Shown: positions 27,811-35,964 of the stretch, one piece after another | How positions within the stretch are numbered: the stretch's first letter is position 1 | How the letters are laid out: each line of letters opens with the position of its first letter | DNA from: a virus | Taxonomy: Duplodnaviria > Caudoviricetes | Strand: one strand, 5' to 3' | IMG/VR virus record: IMGVR_UViG_2881418779_000002 | Coordinates: 2,227 to 66,226 of that record | Length of the DNA stretch: 64,000 nucleotides | Program-made: the position numbers and the translations under genes | Notes under the pieces: model-generated | Database searches by the model: none | What the model was told of the DNA's origin: nothing | The model's input: the letters and a program-made list of their open reading frames with translations, nothing else

Positions 27811-27886
27811 TGGTTGCAAAGGCTGGACTCGAACCAGCGACCTCCAGGTTATGAGCCTGGCGAGATGACCACCTCTCTACCCTGCG
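27811..27886 (-). tRNA. tRNA-Met(CAT), initiator-like with atypical stems
   Basis: 76 nt with encoded CCA. C1:A72 mismatch, anticodon arm CCAGG-CTCATAA-CCTGG, T-loop GGTTCGAGTCC. Confidence 0.9.
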
Positions 27887-27900
27887 ATTGAAACCTAAAT

Positions 27901-27933
27901 GCAAAAAGCCTCACCGATTAAGGCAAGGCTTTG
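27901..27933 (-). terminator. Late leader terminator (tR'-like), copy 1
   Basis: Minus strand AAAGCCTTGCC-TTAATC-GGTGAGGCTTTTT, about 140 nt downstream of the PR'-like promoter. Confidence 0.7.
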
Positions 27934-28063
27934 GATCACTCAGACATATCTTGTAAGTAGCAATCTCATTCTTCAGGGCGAGCAACGGCTTTCTCTGGTT
28001 GTTGGTTTTTCCCTGACCCTTCTGAGCGGTGCCGCTTTCGCGATCATTACGCGGGGAAAGGTG

Positions 28064-28104
28064 AATGTAGCACTCATAATACGCCGGAATTTATTGGTTT
28101 ACAA
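28064..28104 (-). promoter_or_regulatory. Late promoter PR' with sigma-dependent pause element
   Basis: TTGTAA (28104-28099), 17-bp spacer, TATTAT (28081-28076), then a -10-like TACATT at about +1 to +6; directly downstream of Q. Confidence 0.75.
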
Positions 28105-28122
28105 CTAGCCGCAGTAAATTTT

Positions 28123-28665
28123 TTAATTCCGCAACATCGCCGCCGCACGGCCGCCGTGGGCCTGATATAACCCCTCCAACTCGCCAACCATGTCTGCAAT
28201 CTTCTCGCTTTCTAATCGACCACCTACAATCTGCGCCCTTTTTGTTCCCTTGCATGATGGGCAGGCATGCTGTGTAACTTGTATGCCAGTGCCATTACAA
28301 GTATTGCACCGCCCGTCCATCCAGTGCGCCAGCGATGCCTCGGCTACACGTCGATAGAGTCCATATGCCGCATCCATGTCCCAAGCCGTACGAGGGGTAG
28401 GAACCCATTTGCGTGCCTGCGCCTTCTCCGTCACGGCCACTACCCAGATACGCAAGAGTGCCGCAAGATTGTTGGTGCCGGACTCAAAAAGCTTGTGCAC
28501 CGTCCCATCAGCATATTTAACGCGGTAAAGAAGTGATCCAAGTCCAACTCCACCTGTTTCATCTGCTATTGCGGAGGCCGCTAATGCGTCAGTTGCGTGG
28601 TGCCGATCATCGTCACGAAGATCACTGGAATTTACTGATGACACATAGCGCTCGGCAAACGACAT
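28123..28665 (-). CDS. Late antiterminator Q-like protein
   Basis: CNTCNGTG...CPSCKGT zinc knuckle; position upstream of PR'. Confidence 0.75.
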   Translation of the reverse strand: MSFAERYVSSVNSSDLRDDDRHHATDALAASAIADETGGVGLGSLLYRVKYADGTVHKLFESGTNNLAALLRIWVVAVTEKAQARKWVPTPRTAWDMDAAYGLYRRVAEASLAHWMDGRCNTCNGTGIQVTQHACPSCKGTKRAQIVGGRLESEKIADMVGELEGLYQAHGGRAAAMLRN

Positions 28666-28735
28666 TGGATTCTCCTTTTTAGCAACCCGCCGATGCTATC
28701 ACACTACACCAAATAATTTCTATAGCGGAACTGGA

Positions 28736-28999
28736 TTATTTTGTGCCTACCTCCCTGAAATCAGAGCACCGAGTGCCATATAGGCGCTTTGAACCGTCCT
28801 TGTTTTTCTTCATACACACACCGATGCCAATATCCTTGCCAGCAATGATGATGCGCTCGTATTTACAGCCGCCACATCGCTCTTTCGCAAACCGAACATG
28901 CTGAGCCGGATCGCGGTAAAACTCGTCCGGAAGCGCCTTTGATTGATCCTTATCCTCGCGGACCAGATGTAGTTGAAGGAGGTTAATTTCTTCGGTCAT
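28736..28999 (-). CDS. Hypothetical Cys-containing protein
   Basis: Coupled ORF in the nin-like operon; CGGC...C...C. Confidence 0.5.
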   Translation of the reverse strand: MTEEINLLQLHLVREDKDQSKALPDEFYRDPAQHVRFAKERCGGCKYERIIIAGKDIGIGVCMKKNKDGSKRLYGTRCSDFREVGTK

Positions 29000-29217
29000 T
29001 TTTTCCTCGGCTGCGGCGGAGGCGCTGGCGCCATCGGTTTCTGATAATTGGGTGGTGGATTGACTTCGCAGCATCCTCGCAACCCAAAGGTTCGCTCTTG
29101 CCAATCAACTGGCCGACGCCACCACTCTATTGCACGTCGAGCACAACCCCGTGCATACCATCCGATAGCAAACCCACATACCACCAGCGCCAGCCAATCG
29201 AGCTCAAAAGTAATCAC
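28996..29217 (-). CDS. Small membrane protein
   Basis: N-terminal hydrophobic segment; ATGA overlaps on both sides. Confidence 0.5.
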   Translation of the reverse strand: MITFELDWLALVVCGFAIGWYARGCARRAIEWWRRPVDWQERTFGLRGCCEVNPPPNYQKPMAPAPPPQPRKK

Positions 29218-29705
29218 GCCGGCATTCCCTCATATAGCTTCGCAACGTCACACATTCCGCCACCGCGGTGCATATCTTTTACTCTTCGAACTGCGCGGCT
29301 GTACTCGGCCTGGCTGCAAAGAGATACTTGAATGCGGTACATTTCCAGTGCCTCAGTGATGTCTGCTAATTCGACTGCCCAGAGGGTGGAGTGCCCGGTT
29401 TTCTGCATGCGCAACGCCACAGCTTCCAGAGAGCGCTCCCCTGCTGCGATCGCCGGAACCAGGTTGGGCCCGATCTGCAAACCCGCGAGGGCTTCTGCAA
29501 GATTCAACGCGTTCGATAGCTGATTCCAGTCGTCGCGCTTGGCTACGCCCTGACGCAGCAGAGCCAAGGCATCCGCCAATGGTTCGCGCAGCTCGGCCTG
29601 GAGTTTTAGTGGAATTTTGTGAGATCCAGCAATTGCCCAGCTCACCGGATCTAATTGAACGCGACGGGGTTTGTAAGATTTGTTGCGCTTCTTTGTGCCG
29701 GTCAT
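29214..29705 (-). CDS. Conserved hypothetical phage protein
   Basis: KKRNKSYKPR...DDWNQLSNALNLAEAL; coupled to neighbours. Confidence 0.6.
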   Translation of the reverse strand: MTGTKKRNKSYKPRRVQLDPVSWAIAGSHKIPLKLQAELREPLADALALLRQGVAKRDDWNQLSNALNLAEALAGLQIGPNLVPAIAAGERSLEAVALRMQKTGHSTLWAVELADITEALEMYRIQVSLCSQAEYSRAVRRVKDMHRGGGMCDVAKLYEGMPA

Positions 29706-30025
29706 CGCCGCCCCGCTTCGCAATTCGCAGCTATCTTGCGCATCATTGCGTCATAGCCCTTCAGTGCCACTACTGGCGCGACGCATCGCACCTGATTCGC
29801 CGCATCGATCTCGGCTTGAGAAGAAATGAAATACATCCTAGTGGTGGATGGCACGCACGATTTAATCAATCCGCGCACCTCCAGTTCATTGCAAAGCCGC
29901 GTGACCTCTTGCGCCTTCGCGTGGAAATGCCGCGCAATGCTACTGCTGGTATAGCGCGCCCCAGGGTATGCACTGATGTACTGGCGCACATTTTCTAAGG
30001 TCACAACCCTTGGTTTTCCTGCCAT
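29702..30025 (-). CDS. Winged-helix-like hypothetical protein
   Basis: SSIARHF...VTRLCNELEVRGLI helix-turn-helix-like pattern. Confidence 0.5.
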   Translation of the reverse strand: MAGKPRVVTLENVRQYISAYPGARYTSSSIARHFHAKAQEVTRLCNELEVRGLIKSCVPSTTRMYFISSQAEIDAANQVRCVAPVVALKGYDAMMRKIAANCEAGRR

Positions 30026-30375
30026 TATTTTGTCTCCAGTATGTCGATGCCATAAATGGACTTCATCAAATGGCGCTTCATCTTGTAGACGGCCGTGAGT
30101 GTCCCCTTGACGTCTTCCACGACCTGCTTACCGGTGGCGACATCCAGATAGCCGAAGTCTGCGCGATAAATAAGCGATCGCTTCGCAATTCCGTGGATCA
30201 AGACCTTCGGCGCCAACACGAATGTCACCTGACGCGTTAAATTCTGGATGTGCCCAGATTTCTCCAGTAGCGCCAGCCACTTGTAACGGCGATGCTCTGC
30301 GGCGGAATCGAATTTCTGATCGCCGTCGACCACCTTGATGTTCTTGTATTTTGACCTCCTGCTGGGTTTTATCAT
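30025..30375 (-). CDS. DUF1064-family nuclease
   Basis: SKYKNIK..DG.KFDSAAE..RY...Y.ADF.Y...VVEDVKG. Confidence 0.88.
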   Translation of the reverse strand: MIKPSRRSKYKNIKVVDGDQKFDSAAEHRRYKWLALLEKSGHIQNLTRQVTFVLAPKVLIHGIAKRSLIYRADFGYLDVATGKQVVEDVKGTLTAVYKMKRHLMKSIYGIDILETK

Positions 30376-30614
30376 TTGGCTTCTTTCTTACCCTGCTCCA
30401 TTTCGATCAATAGATCGATGAAGTGCTTTGCTTTGCGCAGATCCTCGATACCCCCCTTGGAGCGCCAGCGGGTCAGATATTTAATGGCACTCCCCTCACA
30501 GAAGCCGATTCCATTTTTATGGATGTACTCAACCGGCTGGATGACCAGGTTCTTGTAGTGGTCACCGCCCTCTTGTACATCCAATGCACGTACAGCCATA
30601 TTTGCTCCCATCAC
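30372..30614 (-). CDS. DUF3310-family protein
   Basis: QEGGDHY...FCEGSAIKYLTRW..KGGIEDLRKA.HFI. Confidence 0.9.
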   Translation of the reverse strand: MMGANMAVRALDVQEGGDHYKNLVIQPVEYIHKNGIGFCEGSAIKYLTRWRSKGGIEDLRKAKHFIDLLIEMEQGKKEAK

Positions 30615-30628
30615 TCAAACCCCTTAAG

Positions 30629-30823
30629 TTATTTCTGAGAAGCCCAATCGGTGCGCTTCTTCGCTACTGCGTCGGTTACTGGTTCTAAGGTCTTGCAAAC
30701 CCGTTCAAATCGAAAACTCACGTATCGCCATGCCTCTTTGTCCAACTTGCATTTACCAAACCCGAGGCGCGCCATCTTGTCATTTGATTTCAGATCAAGG
30801 TGCTTGCAAGTCAGGCATTTCAT
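30629..30823 (-). CDS. Small Cys-rich hypothetical protein
   Basis: MKCLTCKH...GKC...C. Confidence 0.55.
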   Translation of the reverse strand: MKCLTCKHLDLKSNDKMARLGFGKCKLDKEAWRYVSFRFERVCKTLEPVTDAVAKKRTDWASQK

Positions 30824-31977
30824 GCGACACGCTTAAGCTTGCTACTGGCCTCGCGCATAGCAGCTAATCCCGCCCCGACGGCCTCAGGAGAGCGCTGCTC
30901 AACAACCTCTTCCGACGCTGAATTCGGTGCAACTGCTGGTGGTGCCGGGGGTTTCCCGTCATTGGCAATCGCTGCCTCGATCCGCGCTTTGAGTGCAGGC
31001 ATAAGTTCGCCTGGACGGGTTTGGATGTTCATCTCGGCTGCCTTTGCCAAAATCAATTCGGTTGACGACCACCACGGCGATACGGTCTTGCGCTCACCGC
31101 TTCGTGTCTGGCAAACGGCTTTCAAAAATGAAGCCGGATCCGCAGGCTGTTCAACCACCGCAGTGCGCACGGCATCCAAGACAATTTCAGTGCTGTAGTC
31201 GCTCACCAACTTTCCGACAAACGATCCGCACTGGGCCTCCGGCATGCCGCCTTGAGCAAGGAGGGATTTTGCCGCGCGCCAAATCTCCTGCTTCGTTTTT
31301 TCCTCGGGGCTTTTGCCTTTAGGTTCGAGGTTTTCATGACCTGGGGACGGCGGCGGGCCGCCCGATCCTTTAGGATCGGAATGCTTTTCTTTTCCCTCTC
31401 CCTGTCCCTTTCTCTCTCCCTCTCTCTTTCTCTTGGCTTCTGTGACAGAGTCTGTGACAGACTTATTTATTGTTTCAAATTCGCTCTGTGACAAATACTG
31501 TGACAACTCATTCAACACAGTCTGTACGCTTGTTTCGACAGAGGCGAAATCTAGGATGTCACTAGGCTGTGACAGACGTTTTAACATCGCCTGAAGACGT
31601 GCTTTAGCGGTGCGTCCACGTTGCGTTTTCTTCCCGGCTAATGCCTCCGCAGCCTTTTCAGCCACGACGGGGTGATACAACCGACCATCGGCGCACTTAA
31701 TCCATCCATGTAGCGCAGACGCCTTTATCTTCTTCCACGTCTTCGTATCGCGGCCCAATTCCGCTAAGCGGGCCAGTTGGATATCGTCGTCAGGAATAGA
31801 TCCGGCAGGCACCTGATGAAATGACTTCAACCACAGCGTTACCCCGGCGCGCCATTCTGTATCATTGGATCGCGCGTGAAACTCAGAATTGAACAGGCGA
31901 GAAATATCAACCGGCAAGAACGGGAAATCGCGCAGATCGCAGTCAGCTGGGCTTAGGGGTGCTGGTAGTTCATTCAT
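30820..31977 (-). CDS. Replication initiation protein, DUF1376/YdaU-like
   Basis: DLRDFPFLP.D...LWLKSFHQVPAGSIPDDD..LARLA...GRLYHPVV motif. Confidence 0.85.
   Translation of the reverse strand: MNELPAPLSPADCDLRDFPFLPVDISRLFNSEFHARSNDTEWRAGVTLWLKSFHQVPAGSIPDDDIQLARLAELGRDTKTWKKIKASALHGWIKCADGRLYHPVVAEKAAEALAGKKTQRGRTAKARLQAMLKRLSQPSDILDFASVETSVQTVLNELSQYLSQSEFETINKSVTDSVTEAKRKREGERKGQGEGKEKHSDPKGSGGPPPSPGHENLEPKGKSPEEKTKQEIWRAAKSLLAQGGMPEAQCGSFVGKLVSDYSTEIVLDAVRTAVVEQPADPASFLKAVCQTRSGERKTVSPWWSSTELILAKAAEMNIQTRPGELMPALKARIEAAIANDGKPPAPPAVAPNSASEEVVEQRSPEAVGAGLAAMREASSKLKRVA
31440..31574. repeat. Probable replication origin iterons inside the initiator gene
   Basis: CTGTGACA at 31440, 31452, 31486, 31498 and 31567, beside an AT-rich spacer and a pyrimidine tract (31381-31439). 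Confidence 0.65.
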
Positions 31978-31979
31978 TC

Positions 31980-32405
31980 TTAAATCCCTAGTTTTCTTTT
32001 CGTATCGGCTATATAGCCATCGGTACGCGCATCGGCCTCTTCGCGGGTCATATCGATGCATTGGTCATGTTTGTAATGACAGCCAACAATTCCGGGGCGG
32101 TCACAGCACAACGGGAATGTGGCGAGGTAGTCCGCTTTCAAACGCGCACCCTTACCGTCTTGGTAGCGGTTGCTGTGCGCCGCCTGGGAGAACGTTTCAA
32201 TGCCGCAGCGTGCACATGGCAATGCCGCTACGCGCTTGTAATGTGCTTTCTCGGCGGCTGGAATTGCTTTCATCCGCGACTTCATTCGCTTAGCTGGTTT
32301 CTTAGAAAACTGAAACGATGCAGAAGACAGCAGTCCAGTGAGACCGCGTGACATAGGTGTGCGCTTCATTGGTTTGGTGCCGGGCTTTATAGGAGTGCGC
32401 TTCAT
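31980..32405 (-). CDS. HNH-like / DUF968-type nuclease
   Basis: LPCARCG...AAHSN...FPLC...CHYKHD. Confidence 0.7.
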   Translation of the reverse strand: MKRTPIKPGTKPMKRTPMSRGLTGLLSSASFQFSKKPAKRMKSRMKAIPAAEKAHYKRVAALPCARCGIETFSQAAHSNRYQDGKGARLKADYLATFPLCCDRPGIVGCHYKHDQCIDMTREEADARTDGYIADTKRKLGI

Positions 32406-33277
32406 GCGAACATCCTTTTTTGTAATTCCTCAGCAGCAGGAGTTGTTTTGTCGGTTAGCGCCTCTGCGCATGCTGGATTAAGCCAAACGACTTCTGTACG
32501 CAAACCCGTCCCGCGATTAGCCGATATGCGGGCGGTAATTTGATGTTGGGTCCAGCCAGACAGCCGCTCGCTATAAAGGTCGGTTGCGTAGCCGGAAACC
32601 ACCACAAAACCTTCTAGCTCGAGCAAGCAATCCAGCAGGTGGACATGATCAGCATCGGTCATTTCATGGCGGTAATAGCCGCGCCCACTCGCTTGCAAGG
32701 CTCTGGTTGCCAACACATAAGGTGGATCAACGAAATGCAATGTCGTTGGTGCATCGTGTTGGCGCATGATGCTAATGGCCGGACGGTTTTCCACTAACAC
32801 ACCAGTCAGGCGTTGTCCTGCTGCAGCGATCGCAGCAGGATATTGGGCCCAAAGATGTTGTGCTGTGCCGTACTCGCGTTTAGTGTCTATGCGAAATCCG
32901 GTGTTGCCCTTTGTGGCGCCAGCAGAACCGAAACCCATTTGTGCGCGAATAGCCATCCGGCGCGCTTCCTCGATCGCATCGTCGGTCGGTTCCCAGGCTT
33001 GATTAAACTGCTCACGCGAATATTCTGTGAAAATCAGTTTTTCAATCAATGCCGATCGGGAAACGGGATCACGAAGCACGTTAAAGAAATTCGCGACCGA
33101 TCGGTCAAGGTCGTTATAGACCTCGGCATAGACGCGCTCTTTCTGCAATAGGACGCCAGCTGCGCCGCCAAATGGTTCGACGTAACAAGTGTGTTCTGGG
33201 AAAAATGACATTACCCACGACGCAAGACGGAATTTCCCGCCGTGATAGCGCAGGACTGGCGAGGTAACGGCACTCAT
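32402..33277 (-). CDS. Orphan DNA adenine methyltransferase (D12 / Dam-like)
   Basis: YHGGK, YVEPFGGAAGV, EVYNDLD and FVDPPY motifs. Confidence 0.93.
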   Translation of the reverse strand: MSAVTSPVLRYHGGKFRLASWVMSFFPEHTCYVEPFGGAAGVLLQKERVYAEVYNDLDRSVANFFNVLRDPVSRSALIEKLIFTEYSREQFNQAWEPTDDAIEEARRMAIRAQMGFGSAGATKGNTGFRIDTKREYGTAQHLWAQYPAAIAAAGQRLTGVLVENRPAISIMRQHDAPTTLHFVDPPYVLATRALQASGRGYYRHEMTDADHVHLLDCLLELEGFVVVSGYATDLYSERLSGWTQHQITARISANRGTGLRTEVVWLNPACAEALTDKTTPAAEELQKRMFA

Positions 33278-33447
33278 CTATCAACCTTCTGGCTGAGGCA
33301 TTTATCGCATCGGCCGTACTGAATTAACTGCTTGGCTGTCACGCGCTTACCACATAGGCAGCGCTTTCGAACCAGTGAGACAGGCGCTTTGTGGCGATGC
33401 GTGGTTTCGCGGAACTTGATGATTGCCCCGGGTTGCGCGTAGTTCAT
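33274..33447 (-). CDS. Small zinc-finger protein, 57 aa (not in ORF track)
   Basis: Manual translation MNYAQPGAII...RCLCGK...CDKC; ATGA overlaps at both ends. Confidence 0.55.
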   Translation of the reverse strand: MNYAQPGAIIKFRETTHRHKAPVSLVRKRCLCGKRVTAKQLIQYGRCDKCLSQKVDR

Positions 33448-34133
33448 GCCGGTACCGCCGCTTCTAGCGCGTAATGCTTGGCAAGCCAGACTTGGCCGCG
33501 CCCGGTCACCATCGTGGTAAAGGATGGATGTTCGTTACCGCTCGAATCCGTCCACGGCTTCTTTTCAATCACACGGAAATAGCCGCGGTCGATGAATTTC
33601 TGGAATGGCAGATTGTTCTGCATCAGCACCTCGTCGGTGCGCAGGCGATCGATAAAGCGGTTCGGGCCCCATCCAATCGTTTTGGCGAATTGGCCCATTT
33701 TGCAAACCCCATCCGTATTGCAGATAGTTTCTGCGAATTCGACTTTAGGGGCGTCGGTAGCAATGCGCAGCGCCTGCTGTTCTATTTGCTCTTGCTGTTC
33801 GGCGGCCAGACGCAATGCGGCTGCGAAAGATGATGGCAACGCCACCTTAGATTGCGCTTCGAGCTCCTGCCAGCGATCCACTAGGCGAGCGGTGAATGCC
33901 GGCGACAATTGAGCGACGATTACGTAGGTATCGCGCTTGCTGATGACGTACAACTTTTCAACTACGCCGTTCCCAGCTCGGGTCCCATCCCTCAGTGCGG
34001 GTTGGGATATTGCCCCACTCGAAACTAGGCGATCTATGGACGTTTTTACGTGGTCATGCCGAGATTCGACCAAATCCGCTATTTCGCGGCTGGTCATGAC
34101 GAGGGTGCCATTGGAATTAATTAGCTCATTCAT
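33444..34133 (-). CDS. Rha-family / KilA-C antirepressor-like protein
   Basis: MTSREIADLVESRHDHV N-terminus; APKVEFAE...P.QKFIDRGYF...VTGRGQVWL C-terminus. Confidence 0.88.
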   Translation of the reverse strand: MNELINSNGTLVMTSREIADLVESRHDHVKTSIDRLVSSGAISQPALRDGTRAGNGVVEKLYVISKRDTYVIVAQLSPAFTARLVDRWQELEAQSKVALPSSFAAALRLAAEQQEQIEQQALRIATDAPKVEFAETICNTDGVCKMGQFAKTIGWGPNRFIDRLRTDEVLMQNNLPFQKFIDRGYFRVIEKKPWTDSSGNEHPSFTTMVTGRGQVWLAKHYALEAAVPA

Positions 34134-34222
34134 GCCATCTCCCCCGATAGCCAGATGGCAATCATCGTCAATTCAAGCGACCAATACGGCATACCAGCAA
34201 TTAAAACTTGGGTAAATGTCAT
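34130..34222 (-). CDS. 30-aa hydrophobic peptide
   Basis: MTFTQVLIAGMPYWSLELTMIAIWLSGEMA; ATGA-coupled on both sides. Confidence 0.4.
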   Translation of the reverse strand: MTFTQVLIAGMPYWSLELTMIAIWLSGEMA

Positions 34223-34410
34223 GCAGCCTCCACCAATAAATTCCATGCGCTCACCAGGCGCTCTGCATCAGCGATGCGCCTCATTGTTTCTTCTGGCGTG
34301 ATGTCCGCCGCGGAAATGACAATAGGAATTCGGAACGACAGCCCTGTAATCGCCATAAAAGAGGGATAAGGACCAGTCACAAGTTCGATTTTTGATTTCG
34401 TGTGAATCAT
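34219..34410 (-). CDS. Hypothetical protein
   Basis: ATGA-coupled ORF in the PR operon. Confidence 0.45.
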   Translation of the reverse strand: MIHTKSKIELVTGPYPSFMAITGLSFRIPIVISAADITPEETMRRIADAERLVSAWNLLVEAA

Positions 34411-34589
34411 GCCGCGGACTCGGCACATGTTGATTCGCGCTCGAGCTCCGCTATGCGTTGACGATACGTTTCGGTCCAAACAACGATGCGGGGATCGGTC
34501 GGACTTTTACATCCATGTGCTGTGATAGGGTGCCCGGCTTCAGCAGCGACGCGCGCGGCCTCTTCAATAGGTTTTCTGAGAAAAATCAT
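34407..34589 (-). CDS. Hypothetical protein
   Basis: ATGA-coupled ORF in the PR operon. Confidence 0.45.
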   Translation of the reverse strand: MIFLRKPIEEAARVAAEAGHPITAHGCKSPTDPRIVVWTETYRQRIAELERESTCAESAA

Positions 34590-34681
34590 TTGCCGCCCTG
34601 CGAGATACCCCAACTGACGACAAGCAGCACGAGGCCAATAACGCTAGTGCCGACAATCAAAATTACATCGTTCTCACTCAT
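34586..34681 (-). CDS. 31-aa hydrophobic peptide
   Basis: MSENDVILIVGTSVIGLVLLVVSWGISQGGK. Confidence 0.4.
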   Translation of the reverse strand: MSENDVILIVGTSVIGLVLLVVSWGISQGGK

Positions 34682-34699
34682 CTCATATTCCTTTTTTGG

Positions 34700-35005
34700 C
34701 TATTCGTTGGCTAAGTCGGCTTCCAGGTATTTGTGCGCAATAACCTTGAAGCTGCGCAGTTCTTCCTTTGTGACCATCATTGACCCAATGGGCGCGACTC
34801 GCATACCAAGGGCAGCGAGAAGTTTCGATACGCTGGCAATCTCGTCTGTCATACGACTAACAGTGCTGCCACTCACGCCCATGCAAGCGGCTGCACGCAC
34901 CTGAGTGACCGATGCAAGGCGCTGCAAAATCAACGCCTCAATCGTTGCGCCATCTTTGCGGGTGTTTTCAATCAACTCGGGTGACACTGGAATTTCTGTA
35001 GTCAT
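34700..35005 (-). CDS. CII-like transcription activator
   Basis: ILQRLASVTQVRAAACMGVSGSTVSRM...LLAALG lambda CII-like pattern. Confidence 0.8.
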   Translation of the reverse strand: MTTEIPVSPELIENTRKDGATIEALILQRLASVTQVRAAACMGVSGSTVSRMTDEIASVSKLLAALGMRVAPIGSMMVTKEELRSFKVIAHKYLEADLANE

Positions 35006-35146
35006 GGCAATTTCTCTTGGCGAAAATTTAATAACGGATTGAGATGAAAAATATCAATATGGTGGAACTGATAATTAGGGCGCGCACCCCACTCGTGGCA
35101 AAATCAAGAACTCTCACCTTCTTAACCACCCTTGAAAGGGGCGCGC

Positions 35147-35419
35147 ATGACTATTACTTCGAACGACCTTGTTTTAAAAGACCTCGAATACAAAATCGAT
35201 ATGAGCTCAGGAAATGGCGTCTGGCTCGATCGATCGTTCTCCTTCAAATCTGGCGACTCGATCTCATTTCATATCAAAGTCAACGCTCGCCCGGAGATGT
35301 CGTTGCTGGACCTTCACCGCGAGTCGCTGGAGTTGGCAATTCGGATGCTCCAGGCGCGCTTAGATCCAAAACCTGTCCAAGAGCCAGCGAACGGAAGTGC
35401 GGCGAGTCGTCTTGCCTGA
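35147..35419 (+). CDS. Hypothetical protein antisense to the PR operon
   Basis: 90 aa with a purine-rich upstream region; overlaps a minus-strand ORF. Confidence 0.55.
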   Translation: MTITSNDLVLKDLEYKIDMSSGNGVWLDRSFSFKSGDSISFHIKVNARPEMSLLDLHRESLELAIRMLQARLDPKPVQEPANGSAASRLA

Positions 35420-35540
35420 TTTGCGCCTTCGTGACCCGGACAATGTCCCGGGTCATGACCGGCCCGTGCTCGTCCAGCGCAGGCCGTATCAACCACAGCA
35501 CAAAACGCGCATATAACTTTTTTGAAATATTCCCATTCAT
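35280..35540 (-). CDS. Hypothetical protein downstream of cro
   Basis: ATGA-coupled to cro; LYARFVLWLIRPAL motif. Confidence 0.5.
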   Translation of the reverse strand: MNGNISKKLYARFVLWLIRPALDEHGPVMTRDIVRVTKAQIRQDDSPHFRSLALGQVLDLSAPGASELPTPATRGEGPATTSPGER

Positions 35541-35881
35541 TCAACCACCTTCTTCGGATCAGCTGGCTGGCGATAACCAAGATCGGCTTCGCGACGGTTT
35601 TCTTCGTTGGTTTCTTCTTCGATCCCTTTGGTCGCCATCGGGTCCAGATTGGACTTAACTGCCGTACTGCGCAGGTATTCCCAATCAACATCCGGGCGAA
35701 GGTCCTCGCAGACAATTGCTCGATTGGATTCGCGCTCAAGATTGATGCAGAGATCCAAGCCAATCTGCTGGCTGATGCTAATAGCCTTTCGCAAGTAACC
35801 CTCGCTGGTACCGCACGCCCTCACGAACTGTGTGCGATCCCCCTTCGATAGACCATTAAGGTATTTAAGTAATTTATCCAT
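35537..35881 (-). CDS. cro: Cro / YdaS-like repressor
   Basis: FVRACGTSEGYLRK...CEDLRPDVDW.YLR; divergent from cI. Confidence 0.88.
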   Translation of the reverse strand: MDKLLKYLNGLSKGDRTQFVRACGTSEGYLRKAISISQQIGLDLCINLERESNRAIVCEDLRPDVDWEYLRSTAVKSNLDPMATKGIEEETNEENRREADLGYRQPADPKKVVE

Positions 35882-35887
35882 CAATAC

Positions 35888-35958
35888 ATATTACTAAACG
35901 GTAATGAACAAGTCAACACCGTTTGGTTATTTACTAATTGGTAATTGCCAAGGACAAT
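35888..35958. promoter_or_regulatory. OR operator region with PR and PRM
   Basis: Operators ATTACTAAACGGTAAT (35890), AACACCGTTTGGTTAT (35915) and TTTACTAATTGGTAAT (35930). PR on minus strand TTGACT-17-TAATAT; PRM on plus strand TTTACT-17-GACAAT. Confidence 0.8.
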
Positions 35959-35964
35959 TCACAT

